Shown here: in pieces, positions 23,829 through 34,100 of the stretch | How positions within the stretch are numbered: position 1 is the first letter of the stretch | Layout of the letters: each line of letters opens with the position of its first letter | Origin: a virus | Virus record (IMG/VR): IMGVR_UViG_3300025381_001071 | Strand: one strand, 5' to 3' | DNA length: 64,000 nt | Position numbers and translations under genes: made by a program | The notes under the pieces: model-generated | Seen by the model: the letters and a program-made list of their open reading frames with translations, nothing else | What the model was told of the DNA's origin: nothing | Database searches by the model: none

Positions 23829-26800
23829 TTATGCTCCAAAGTAACCGCCAAACTCTGTGGCATGATAACGATAGAAGGCAGTAGAACTGCCAGCCGCAGT
23901 CTGGACTGATACAGTTAAAACACCTCCTGCTACCCCGGCTGTGTAGGTAGCCGGAGCAAATGCTGTGGTTGTAAGGCTTTGTCCCAACACTACCAGATTG
24001 GCTGTGCCACCGGCATTCATGGTTGCCAACAGTTTGGTCAGTTCGGTATCAGTATCACTGGTAGTGCCGTATTGTAGGATCACTGTCAGTTCTACAGCCA
24101 AGATGCTGTTATCCGTTCCGCCATAAATCTGATACGGCGTGTTGACGCCCACAGGAACATCGGGAGAATAGTTGGTTACTGTATCGGTAGCACCGTGGTT
24201 GCCATTGCGTATCACATTGCGATTGATTACCAGGTTGCCGGTATCATTCAACACACCAAGACTGAAGTCTACTGAAGTATCTGTAGTTGTAATACCTGGA
24301 GCATTAGCATCACCTGGTTGATTGCTGATTAATAAACGACCTACTTGTACACTGGTGTCTGCGGTGATTTGTCCGCCAGTTTCATACAGGTTGTTGAATA
24401 CTGAATGTATATTACGATAAACATTAATACCACCAGTGTCGCCACCGCCTGGGTCTCCTAGATTGATATCAAGTGTGGTATCAAAAGTAGTCAAGGTGTT
24501 GTTGGCAATCAACAGGCTACCTGCTTTGAAACTTGAAATACCGTTGATGCTCAATAGTCCATTGTCGACAGTAAGTTCAGCATTGGTCCTTAGTGTGATA
24601 TCTTGGATGAACAAACTTCCGGTGCCTACATAAGCACTACGGAATCGTGTGCTAGTAGATCCTAGATCGTACTGTGCATCAACATTTGGTATGATACTAC
24701 CAGGTATTGTTAATTCACTTGCAAAAATATAGGAAAGATTACTACTAGTATTAGGAGTTAAAACTATTCTACCACCATCGCCATCTACATTAATATTTGA
24801 TACACCATTGGCAATAACTGTTTGTAATCCATTATCCTGCGCAGTAATGGTTGAACCACCTGGTAGTGTCAAAACACCATTCAACAAATTATCAATACCA
24901 AATGTCCAATCGGCTGTGGCACCATTGTTCAACGAATTATAGTTGTGTATGACAAATACTGCTGTACCGTCACCGCCGGTTATACCAATCACATCACCGT
25001 TCTGATAACCAGTTCCTGGTTGATTGACTTGAATAGAGTTAACTTGGCCAGGTCCCGAAACATAGATATTAACGGTCATTCCTGTACCAGATCCACCAGT
25101 AGTAGCAATATTAGTACCATTACTATAACCGTGACCGGTACCTGTCATTTCCCAAGAAGTAGCATTGTATGAGTATTGTGCTTCAAGAGTTACTGGATGA
25201 TTGGTTGACGCCGCATATTGTCCAGTAACAGCAGATTGTAACTTATTTCCGTTTAGGTTAAGTGTGCCGGACATTGTAGGATTACTATCTTGAACTAAAG
25301 ACCAAGTTGTAATAAATCCAGGATCATTACTAAAAGCATTTAGACTTGTAGGAGCACCACTTAGGTCACTATAGTTTCCACTAAACAATGTTGGTAGTCC
25401 ACTTAGATCACTATAGTTTCCACTGAATGCACTGGTTAAGTATCCAGCATCATTGGTAAATGCACTTACATTAGTTGGTGCACCACTTAGGTCACTATAG
25501 TTGCCACTGAATGCACTGGTTAGATATCCAGCATCATTGCTAAATGCACTTACATTAGTCGGAGCACCACTTAGGTCACTATAGTTGCCACTGAATGCAC
25601 TGGTTAAGTATCCAGCATCATTGCTAAATGCACTTACATTAGTCGGAGCACCACTTAGTTGACTATACGGTAATGTAAAAGTTCCATTATTATTAAAGTT
25701 GCTGATATCATAACTACCAGCACCCAACCAAGCAGTACCTTGTGCTGACATATCTGGGAAAACTATATTCCCACCGGCATTAAACTGCCAAGTGTTACTG
25801 CCACCTTGTATGTATACATCGGTGTCGGCATTACTACCTTGTATAATACCAGTTAAACTTAAATTCAAATTACCACTGGTATCTAAGTAGACATTATAAG
25901 TGTTGGTTGCATCATACAATGTACTTGTGGTAGCAGATCCGCCGGCAATAGGACTGCTATTGTAGGTTAATCCGCCTACGGAATCAACTGACAATGTATT
26001 GCTACCTGCTGTAATTGAAACGGTGGAGCTCACTCCACCATTAGAATGAGCAGGAAGAATATATACCTTTGCGTCACAAGTAACACCACTGGTTGCATCA
26101 GTTAAGGATGCTGGATCGGTTGCTGTGCCAATTGTTATATCTTCGGCGGACATAATATACATTTGTCCAGATCCACCACTGCCGGCGGCCGCTGTGCCAC
26201 CTGTACGAATAAGCATATCATCGTTAGTAAACAATACAGGATTGCCAGTTGAATAGGTTGATCCAACTCCCTGATCAGTGCCAAACGATGACAACAAGTT
26301 GCTATTAGTACCACCGATAGGAGTTTGCCAACTTGCTACTCCACTACCATCTAATGTTAGAACTGTGCCAGTTGTGCCTGTGGCTGTTGAGATAGTAAAG
26401 TGAGGGAACTGTGTAGTACCATCTGGATTGAAACTCCAATGAGGTTGAGGATGCCCTGATACATTGTTAGCGTTCATCTCAACATACAGGCCGCCACCGT
26501 TAATGTACATAACATTACGCATCACGGTACTACTGCCAAAATCTGCTAAAGTACTGGTATTCATCCAGTCTAATTCTGGGCCACCATGATCAACACCGTA
26601 GGCCAGCAATTCAGGATAAGCGTTCAGCGTTTGTATTACACCCCATCCGTCGCCAACACCAGTATTTGATATTGGTAAATTCAATGCTCCCGTAGTGTCA
26701 AAGGACCAAGAACTTTGTTGTGATATAATGTTAGTAGATGTGTAATCATAAGTATAGGGTGGACTTTGCCATACAGTATCAGACAATGTACTGGTTGACA

Positions 26801-28823
26801 CTATGGTCAATGTGCCTGTGGTAATGGTAGCAGTAAGCACATATCCAGGAACAGGGGAAGTTTGTAAAGTGATTGATGTTGCTGTCCAATTGCTGGCTGT
26901 TGAGTAGATTGGCAACATATCTCCACCAAAATTCACCGGACTACCATCCGATGGCACTTTTAATACATAAGCATAATCTGATGATCCGCCACTGGCAATA
27001 ACTCCCAGCGCCAACATACCATTATGGTAACTTATATTACTACCAAATTCGCCACCACCGCCACTGAAAAACTCTCCGGTTAGGAAAGTACCAGGCACGG
27101 TACCACCGTTTCCTGGAGTATTAAACCAATACTGCCATAATTCTGTTCCGGATGAACTAAAACTGCCAAGGCTGGTAATAAAACTACTGGTACCAGTAAT
27201 GCCAACTACATAAACATTGTCACTGGGATCTACGGTTAAACTCAATCCTAAATCTATACATCCGGCGCCTTGACCTATTTGATATGCCCATAGTTGATTG
27301 CCGGCAGGATCTATTTTAGCCAGCATACCTGCCATAACATTGCTATTATTATAGGCCGCGCCAGTAACATACAAGTTACCTTGACTGTCGTGAATAGCAT
27401 CAGTGATTTCTATTGATTGGGTTCCTGTACTGGCAAACACAACACCGGACACAGGATTACCATTTGTATCAAGAGTTATAGCACTGCCAAAACCGCTTGG
27501 AAAACTTGTACCGCTTATGGTAATGTTGCCAAGGTTATCAATGGCCATACCGGTATCATAATCGTTGTTAGAAGGATCAAGGAAGACCTTTTGCCAAATC
27601 ACATCACCATTGGTTGAATTAATTTTTGCCGCAAAATTATTAACACTACCTGAGTTATTCCAAGTACCGCTAACAACTAGATTATTATCTGGGCCAATCA
27701 AGGCATTATAACCACAATCATTTACATCGCTGAGTTGTTTGGCCCAAATCAATCCTCCAGTAGAACCGCTGAGTTTTACAATGTTGGTAACAGTATTGGC
27801 AGTGGAGCCGTCGAGTAGATTAATATAAACATCGTTGTTTTGATCCACAGCCAAGCCGTAGGTAATAAGCGACAAAGGTCCTGATATTTGTTGAAACCAA
27901 ATAGATTCACCGACATTGTTATATTTGACCACACCTGTAGTAAAAGTACTGGTATTGGTACCGGTATTAGCATCAATCAATGTGGCATAAACATTGCCCA
28001 GACTGTCAAACTGGCAATCCTGAACTACGAATGGTTGATTATTTGATTGATCGGATAAGAAGTTAGCCCAAGATGCTACCGTAGTTGATACAGTAATGGA
28101 CGCAGTGTTCGGAGACGTGATCGATAGATTGCCATTACCATCAGATAGTGTAGATTGATTAGGCAAGGATACACTACCATCTGCGCCAAATCTCCAAGTG
28201 TTATGAGCACCGTTGAAATCTGTTATGATATCAAACGGATCAGTACTATTAGTTCCTACACGAGCACCGCCATAAACATTGTCAAGGCTTCCGTATTGTA
28301 CATCAAGATTTAAGAAAGCCCCATCAGTTTTAATTCTGCTATAACTTGTTGTACCTACTGCTGGTCCAGGTAAAACTAGTGATCCATCTGCGCCAAATAC
28401 CCAGGTGCTAGTTGTTGCTGTGCTTTGCGCTATAATAGTAACATTGGTGCCTGTGCCGCTACCATTAATGATAGGAGTAGCACCTGGTAGTGTTAGTTGA
28501 CCACTGGTGCTAAATGTCCAAACGCTTGTTGTGCCGCCACTAACTGTCTCAATATACACATTGGGATCTGTGCCTTGTCCTAGAATTGTACTGGCTGTAG
28601 ATAAGTTTAACACACCGCTACTATCTAATACTACAGCATAAGTTGATGATGTTAATTTATTTGCGGCACCACCTCCACCTATAGGATTACCACCCACAGT
28701 AGTACCATCGTGTATGTGTACTGTATTATCCGCATTAATAACTAGTGTACCTGCTTGTTCTGTCAGCGAAGAAGCATTACCTTGTATTTTTGATCCAGTT
28801 ATTCTTTTGTAAAATGTTGTCAT
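23829..28823 (-). CDS. Long tail fibre or adhesin with beta-propeller repeats
   Basis: DGTTVGGNP N-terminus, repeated D..GN.Y...W propeller blades, FPD.S.Q motifs, internal 28 aa repeats. Confidence 0.8.
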   Translation of the reverse strand: MTTFYKRITGSKIQGNASSLTEQAGTLVINADNTVHIHDGTTVGGNPIGGGGAANKLTSSTYAVVLDSSGVLNLSTASTILGQGTDPNVYIETVSGGTTSVWTFSTSGQLTLPGATPIINGSGTGTNVTIIAQSTATTSTWVFGADGSLVLPGPAVGTTSYSRIKTDGAFLNLDVQYGSLDNVYGGARVGTNSTDPFDIITDFNGAHNTWRFGADGSVSLPNQSTLSDGNGNLSITSPNTASITVSTTVASWANFLSDQSNNQPFVVQDCQFDSLGNVYATLIDANTGTNTSTFTTGVVKYNNVGESIWFQQISGPLSLITYGLAVDQNNDVYINLLDGSTANTVTNIVKLSGSTGGLIWAKQLSDVNDCGYNALIGPDNNLVVSGTWNNSGSVNNFAAKINSTNGDVIWQKVFLDPSNNDYDTGMAIDNLGNITISGTSFPSGFGSAITLDTNGNPVSGVVFASTGTQSIEITDAIHDSQGNLYVTGAAYNNSNVMAGMLAKIDPAGNQLWAYQIGQGAGCIDLGLSLTVDPSDNVYVVGITGTSSFITSLGSFSSSGTELWQYWFNTPGNGGTVPGTFLTGEFFSGGGGEFGSNISYHNGMLALGVIASGGSSDYAYVLKVPSDGSPVNFGGDMLPIYSTASNWTATSITLQTSPVPGYVLTATITTGTLTIVSTSTLSDTVWQSPPYTYDYTSTNIISQQSSWSFDTTGALNLPISNTGVGDGWGVIQTLNAYPELLAYGVDHGGPELDWMNTSTLADFGSSTVMRNVMYINGGGLYVEMNANNVSGHPQPHWSFNPDGTTQFPHFTISTATGTTGTVLTLDGSGVASWQTPIGGTNSNLLSSFGTDQGVGSTYSTGNPVLFTNDDMLIRTGGTAAAGSGGSGQMYIMSAEDITIGTATDPASLTDATSGVTCDAKVYILPAHSNGGVSSTVSITAGSNTLSVDSVGGLTYNSSPIAGGSATTSTLYDATNTYNVYLDTSGNLNLSLTGIIQGSNADTDVYIQGGSNTWQFNAGGNIVFPDMSAQGTAWLGAGSYDISNFNNNGTFTLPYSQLSGAPTNVSAFSNDAGYLTSAFSGNYSDLSGAPTNVSAFSNDAGYLTSAFSGNYSDLSGAPTNVSAFTNDAGYLTSAFSGNYSDLSGLPTLFSGNYSDLSGAPTSLNAFSNDPGFITTWSLVQDSNPTMSGTLNLNGNKLQSAVTGQYAASTNHPVTLEAQYSYNATSWEMTGTGHGYSNGTNIATTGGSGTGMTVNIYVSGPGQVNSIQVNQPGTGYQNGDVIGITGGDGTAVFVIHNYNSLNNGATADWTFGIDNLLNGVLTLPGGSTITAQDNGLQTVIANGVSNINVDGDGGRIVLTPNTSSNLSYIFASELTIPGSIIPNVDAQYDLGSTSTRFRSAYVGTGSLFIQDITLRTNAELTVDNGLLSINGISSFKAGSLLIANNTLTTFDTTLDINLGDPGGGDTGGINVYRNIHSVFNNLYETGGQITADTSVQVGRLLISNQPGDANAPGITTTDTSVDFSLGVLNDTGNLVINRNVIRNGNHGATDTVTNYSPDVPVGVNTPYQIYGGTDNSILAVELTVILQYGTTSDTDTELTKLLATMNAGGTANLVVLGQSLTTTAFAPATYTAGVAGGVLTVSVQTAAGSSTAFYRYHATEFGGYFGA
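25315..25665 (-). repeat. 84 bp in-frame tandem repeat (SGNYSDLSGAPTNVSAFSNDAGYLTSAF), about 3.5 copies plus a 42 bp half unit
   Basis: CCACTTAG unit starts at 25357, 25399, 25483, 25567 and 25651. Confidence 0.95.
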
Positions 28824-28842
28824 TGTTTATTTCCAGTTTTAA

Positions 28843-31800
28843 TTAGCAAAAACTTTCGCTTGGGTTGATAAAGACTTTTGCTGTCCATATGATATCTAGT
28901 TGTTGCCCAGAGAGATTATCAGTTCTAATAGCCTGTAATGAACCTTCACCGAGTTCCCACAAACTTAGATTAGAAAATACATAATTGTCACTGCTGTTGG
29001 TCGATATGGCTGTTTCTAAATGAGTCACTGACATATTATTATAATTCACAGCCATGATGATTTGTCCCACCATATTTCCATTATTACCAAGACCAACATT
29101 AAATGCGTTATAGTCAATAATCATACCACTGATCCATCCAGAATATATGCCTAATTGTTTTGCTACATCAGCAAGACTCAACCAAGTCTGTGCTGAATTT
29201 GTCAATCCAACAACACGGTTATATCCGCTGGCATTTTTAATTGCTATTCCAACCCGTGTATAGTAAGATCCAGTGGATGAAGTAAGTCCTTGATATTCAC
29301 CAATGTTTGAACTACCTTCTCCTGGATAAGCAGTTGATTGTTGTGTGCCATCTGGGAACACAATATTACCGCTGTTGTTAAACTGCCAAATAGGGCTGGA
29401 TATTATACCAGTTACATTACCAGTTAGAGTACTGGCCACTAGGGTGGCTGTACTAGCATCAGTGGCAAATCCTGGATTACCAGTAACAAAGGTAGCTGTG
29501 TTAAGAGTTAATGCCGCAGTTGAAGTTGATTCTAACCAAGGAGTATTAAAATAAGCATAGCCTTGATACTCTTTGGCAGTAGAAAAACTAGGGGAGGCAT
29601 AAGTTCCATCTGTTGGAAACTGTACTATTATCATTTGATAAGGTACAGTACTAGTTGAAGTGTTTATGTTTGCTGGATTTTCTGTGGCCGCAGTAATCGC
29701 AAACATCCCATTACGCACAGCAATATCTTTGTGTCCATTCCAATACCATTGCGTGAAAGCCTCGTAGTTGAAGAAATTACTAAGGGCGTTGGTCCATTGT
29801 AGATTGCCATTGGTGTCCATTTTGGCAACCCAAATAGCTTTATTATACGGACCAGTATTGGTCAATCCTGTGATATACAAGTAGCCGTCATCGCCCAATT
29901 GTATTTCTGTAGGATCATGTGTTCCATAGGCCATTTCTACTTGCCAGACTAGATTACCATTAGTATCGTATTTGGCAACAACAGCAGTGTAATCATCTCC
30001 ATATGCAGATACCGTGTAACTATTGCCGGCAGAATCAACTGAAACTGCGTTGCCGTATACGCCTGCTCCAGTTATACCTACAGACCACAATACATTACCA
30101 TTGTTATCTAATTTAACTAACTCACTACCATTGGCATCGGAATTCCCAAACGCATAGACATTAGGAGGACTAGCGCCATCAAGAGCGATACTATAGCCAT
30201 AATCGTTTTGTCCTGCGGTAAAGTTAATACCTTGTTGCCAACTAATACCACTGAAGTTACCTTTGAACACAGTAAGTTGATTAGTTGATGTATTTGTTCC
30301 ATAACCAGTTACATAAAAGTTACCGCTACCATCAACTACGATGTCATACATGTCCTCGTCGGTGCCTGTAACATCTATTTGATTTGTTAAAGCACCTGTA
30401 GGATCTAGCTGAAATACTCGACTGGTGACAGCATCGTAATCATTGATCAACAAATAGATATTGTCCGAACTGTCAACATCGAGACTTTCAGCACTACCTA
30501 TAATTCCAACCAGTTGTTTCCATAAAATATTACCTTGTGGATCATATTTTACAACCAAAGGTTGAGGATAACTAGCTGATTCTGTAAAATCAGTAACAGC
30601 AACAATGACATTACCTTGGCTATCATAGATCACCGAGTTACCATAGTCTGTTTCGTTATTATTCATCAAGTCACCAAACTGTGCGATCCAATAACTGTTC
30701 TTACCTGTTTCAATGGTAAAGGTAGTTGTTGAGATGGAGGCAAAGTTAGTACCTGAGTTGATACTTACGCCGCCACTGCCTGGAATATAGGCTGTAGTTT
30801 GTTGTGTAGTATCTGGGAATACCAAAGCACCATTAGGACCGAATTCCCAAGTATGACTGTTTGCTGTAACCTGTACTCCATTAGCACCGCCAGAGATAAC
30901 TGCGGCACCGCCCGGTGTTTGCGGAAGTGTTAAACTACCATCAGGACCAAATGTAAAATATTTTGAACTATCGCCTGTTCTAATAACAACATCACCAAGA
31001 TTAGAATACAATGTTGCGGTATTATCATTACTATAGAGTCCGTTGCCGTTGTAGTTACTGCCTAGATGCCAAGAGCCATCATTATTGAACGCCAAGTGAC
31101 TTTGCTGTGTGTACGCCTGGAAGTGATCTGGAGTTAGTTCTGTGTATATTGGGCAACCTGCTACTGACGGAGTAACACTCCAATGAGTCGATCCAGTATA
31201 GGCAGTATGCTGTACAGTATTATCTGGGAATGTTAATGTGCCATCTGTTCCAAATGTAAAGTAAGATGTATTGGCAAGTATTTGTATCGTAGCAGTTGAT
31301 TGGATTAAAGGTTCGCCAGTAGTAGAGTTAGGTAAGTTTATAGTACCATCAGTACCCAAGAATAATGTGTAAGCGCCATTTACCAATGATGATTGTATAC
31401 CAATGTTCCAAGCAGAGTTTTGTATAGTGCCATCTGGGAATACCAATCCACCATCAGAACCAAAGTTCCAATTTGAAGATCTTGTGCCTGTACTGATATT
31501 AAGTACTTGACTGCTCATCTGACCAAGCAGTGTAACAACACTAGAACCCAACTGACTCAATGTGCCAATACTTGTTCCGTAAGTCCCTGTAGTCCAAGAC
31601 AAAGTTGTTATAGTATAAGTACCAGTTGAACTAATACCAGATATGCTACTGGTTATATCGGCCAGCGTAACATTGCTAAATGTTCCAGCAATACTGCCAT
31701 CAAGTGGTAGTTGTGCCAAGATGGTTCTGTTATTGCTTGTTCCTGGCTGTGTGAGACTGTCCAGAGTAGAAGCTACTACAGCTATTCTATCTCTATAGAT

Positions 31801-34071
31801 GTCACCCGCTCTGTGTCCAACTATAGGATCACCTTGACCATCGAGTATCTCTGCTCCGTCTACAGTAGTTAAGGTTCGAGAATATACTAAAGTGCCAGTT
31901 GTATGATTTAACTTAGTTACCCATAAACCAAGACCAGAATATATACCAGTTAGATAAACATCACCGTTTAAATCAAAACTTAGATCGTAGCCTTTTGAAC
32001 CAGTGCCTTGCGCTAATGCCGAAGCCCATACCAGTGTTCCGTCTGGATTTAATTTAGAAACTCGTACAAGATTTTCAGTGCCGTCATTGACCACGGTATA
32101 AACATAGCCGCTATTAAACACTACCGCATCGCCAATGTCGCCCGAGGATGTGACTAGTTTATTGGTCCACTGATTTACACCTGAACTATCCCATTTGCTC
32201 AACATAGCCCAATGACTACCGCCGTCATTATAATCACCAATGGCCCATACTGATCCTGTGTCTGGATCAACAGTAACCGCACGATATATACCTGTACTGG
32301 TACTAGAATCAGAAGCAATAGGAGTTACCGTACTACTCCATGCCACGGTCCCAGTGCTGGAGACTTTGACAACAGTCGGGATTCCATAACCACCAAAACC
32401 GCTGCCGCCGTTATTGTATCCAGAAAGATAGAAGTTACCCAAGTTATCAACAGCGATATCTGTGGGATTAAGATAGTTAACACCTAGTACTTGCTGTGCT
32501 GTTCCATTAAGACCAAGATTACCGTCTGTGTCCATATAACCACACCACATACCACCAGCAGTCCAATCATTGGCCACCCAGTAGATGCGATCGTTACTGT
32601 CTATGGCAATAGCCACATTGGTAGCACCGCAGTTTCCGCCGTTAACAGGATCTTTCCAAGTCTTGTGCCATAACAAGTTACCTTCAGGATCATACTTTAA
32701 CATTAAACTATCGGCAGTACTACCACCACCGGTTGCTGTACCTATAATATATAGATTGCCTTTGCTGTCGTAGACTGCGCCAGTTCCATAGACATAATCG
32801 CTCAATGCGCTGGCTGCGGCGCTGAGTCCGCCGTACTCTGCTACCCAGTATGGAGCCGTACTAGCACCTACTTTGATTTCTAAGTTTGGAGATCTAGTCT
32901 TAAGTGTACCGTTGGTATCTAAACTTACAACTGCGGTACCACTAGTCAGCTGGTTGACTGGTCCACCAGAACCTCCGCCACCACCTAATACGCTTACACC
33001 ATCTCGTTTAATATCACCTACGGTGCTAGGCAGATTTAATACACCGTCTAGGCCAAATATCCATTGATTATAAACGGTTCCACTATTGTTGACACTAGTC
33101 TGTACATAAGCGCCGTCGTCTTGAACAAAGAATTCTTGATTACCACTAAAATTGGAAAGGATCGCACCTTGGCCGGGATAGTTAGGGGCTACAGCAACCC
33201 CAGTGCCAGTTGGATTGTTGTTTGTTATTACACCAGGAACTACAAAATTACCGTATGTGTCTAATGTGGCGGTGAAAGCGCCGTTGACCAATGTGCTAGT
33301 TGTAGCGTATCCAGAAAACGAGCGTGTAATCCATTGTGTATTATAATCTGTACTATCAATCTTGATAAGAACTTGTCCAGCAGTTCCGCCTGTGGGCACA
33401 CCCTGACCATTAGTGCCAGCAGTTCCTTGTGCGCCATTACTACCAGCTGTACCTTGAACACCTGTAGTACCCTGAGCACCGCTAGGTCCTACGATTTGAC
33501 CAACATTGGTAAATCCAGTGCCAGTCCATACATATAAGTCGCCATTACCTTCATCAATATAACTAGAACCAAGGGTACTGCTAGGGGGCAAACTTGCGCT
33601 GTTAGCCACTGAGCCAACAATGGTAGTTGCTATACCAGTAGCACCTTGTACGCCAGTATTTCCAGTTGTACCTTGGGCTCCTGTAGATCCAATAGTTCCT
33701 TGAACACCTGTAGTACCTTGTACACCTGTATTGCCGTTGAATCCAGCAGTTCCTTGAGCACCTGTTGAGCCGGTGGTGCCTTGAGCGCCGTGTATACCTT
33801 GAGCACCTGTAGTACCTTGGGCACCGCTGCCTCCACTGGTTAAAACAGGATTGCCAGCTTCGTCAATGATAGTAGCACCAACAGGAATAACAAGATTTCC
33901 GCTGCCATTGACCTGTACAATGTATCCATTGTTGCTAATGCTATTTGTAGCAGAGGATAGTACGGGGCTATAACCTTCCCATTTCACACCATCGAAGATG
34001 TAAGTTACTTCATTATCACCTGTATATTGTTGTCCAACTGAAGGGCTACTTGGAAAGTTTAATACTGACAT
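28843..34071 (-). CDS. Long tail fibre or adhesin with collagen-like segment and two beta-propeller regions
   Basis: FPSSPSVGQQY N-terminus, Gly-X-Y repeats, D..GN.Y propeller blades, FPDGT.Q..AY spacers. Confidence 0.82.
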   Translation of the reverse strand: MSVLNFPSSPSVGQQYTGDNEVTYIFDGVKWEGYSPVLSSATNSISNNGYIVQVNGSGNLVIPVGATIIDEAGNPVLTSGGSGAQGTTGAQGIHGAQGTTGSTGAQGTAGFNGNTGVQGTTGVQGTIGSTGAQGTTGNTGVQGATGIATTIVGSVANSASLPPSSTLGSSYIDEGNGDLYVWTGTGFTNVGQIVGPSGAQGTTGVQGTAGSNGAQGTAGTNGQGVPTGGTAGQVLIKIDSTDYNTQWITRSFSGYATTSTLVNGAFTATLDTYGNFVVPGVITNNNPTGTGVAVAPNYPGQGAILSNFSGNQEFFVQDDGAYVQTSVNNSGTVYNQWIFGLDGVLNLPSTVGDIKRDGVSVLGGGGGSGGPVNQLTSGTAVVSLDTNGTLKTRSPNLEIKVGASTAPYWVAEYGGLSAAASALSDYVYGTGAVYDSKGNLYIIGTATGGGSTADSLMLKYDPEGNLLWHKTWKDPVNGGNCGATNVAIAIDSNDRIYWVANDWTAGGMWCGYMDTDGNLGLNGTAQQVLGVNYLNPTDIAVDNLGNFYLSGYNNGGSGFGGYGIPTVVKVSSTGTVAWSSTVTPIASDSSTSTGIYRAVTVDPDTGSVWAIGDYNDGGSHWAMLSKWDSSGVNQWTNKLVTSSGDIGDAVVFNSGYVYTVVNDGTENLVRVSKLNPDGTLVWASALAQGTGSKGYDLSFDLNGDVYLTGIYSGLGLWVTKLNHTTGTLVYSRTLTTVDGAEILDGQGDPIVGHRAGDIYRDRIAVVASTLDSLTQPGTSNNRTILAQLPLDGSIAGTFSNVTLADITSSISGISSTGTYTITTLSWTTGTYGTSIGTLSQLGSSVVTLLGQMSSQVLNISTGTRSSNWNFGSDGGLVFPDGTIQNSAWNIGIQSSLVNGAYTLFLGTDGTINLPNSTTGEPLIQSTATIQILANTSYFTFGTDGTLTFPDNTVQHTAYTGSTHWSVTPSVAGCPIYTELTPDHFQAYTQQSHLAFNNDGSWHLGSNYNGNGLYSNDNTATLYSNLGDVVIRTGDSSKYFTFGPDGSLTLPQTPGGAAVISGGANGVQVTANSHTWEFGPNGALVFPDTTQQTTAYIPGSGGVSINSGTNFASISTTTFTIETGKNSYWIAQFGDLMNNNETDYGNSVIYDSQGNVIVAVTDFTESASYPQPLVVKYDPQGNILWKQLVGIIGSAESLDVDSSDNIYLLINDYDAVTSRVFQLDPTGALTNQIDVTGTDEDMYDIVVDGSGNFYVTGYGTNTSTNQLTVFKGNFSGISWQQGINFTAGQNDYGYSIALDGASPPNVYAFGNSDANGSELVKLDNNGNVLWSVGITGAGVYGNAVSVDSAGNSYTVSAYGDDYTAVVAKYDTNGNLVWQVEMAYGTHDPTEIQLGDDGYLYITGLTNTGPYNKAIWVAKMDTNGNLQWTNALSNFFNYEAFTQWYWNGHKDIAVRNGMFAITAATENPANINTSTSTVPYQMIIVQFPTDGTYASPSFSTAKEYQGYAYFNTPWLESTSTAALTLNTATFVTGNPGFATDASTATLVASTLTGNVTGIISSPIWQFNNSGNIVFPDGTQQSTAYPGEGSSNIGEYQGLTSSTGSYYTRVGIAIKNASGYNRVVGLTNSAQTWLSLADVAKQLGIYSGWISGMIIDYNAFNVGLGNNGNMVGQIIMAVNYNNMSVTHLETAISTNSSDNYVFSNLSLWELGEGSLQAIRTDNLSGQQLDIIWTAKVFINPSESFC
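33400..33835 (-). repeat. Collagen-like Gly-X-Y (GAQGTT) repeats, interrupted once
   Basis: Translation GAQGTTGAQGIHGAQGTTGSTGAQGTAG... Confidence 0.9.
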
Positions 34072-34100
34072 TATTTTATTCCTATTTTCTATATTTACCG

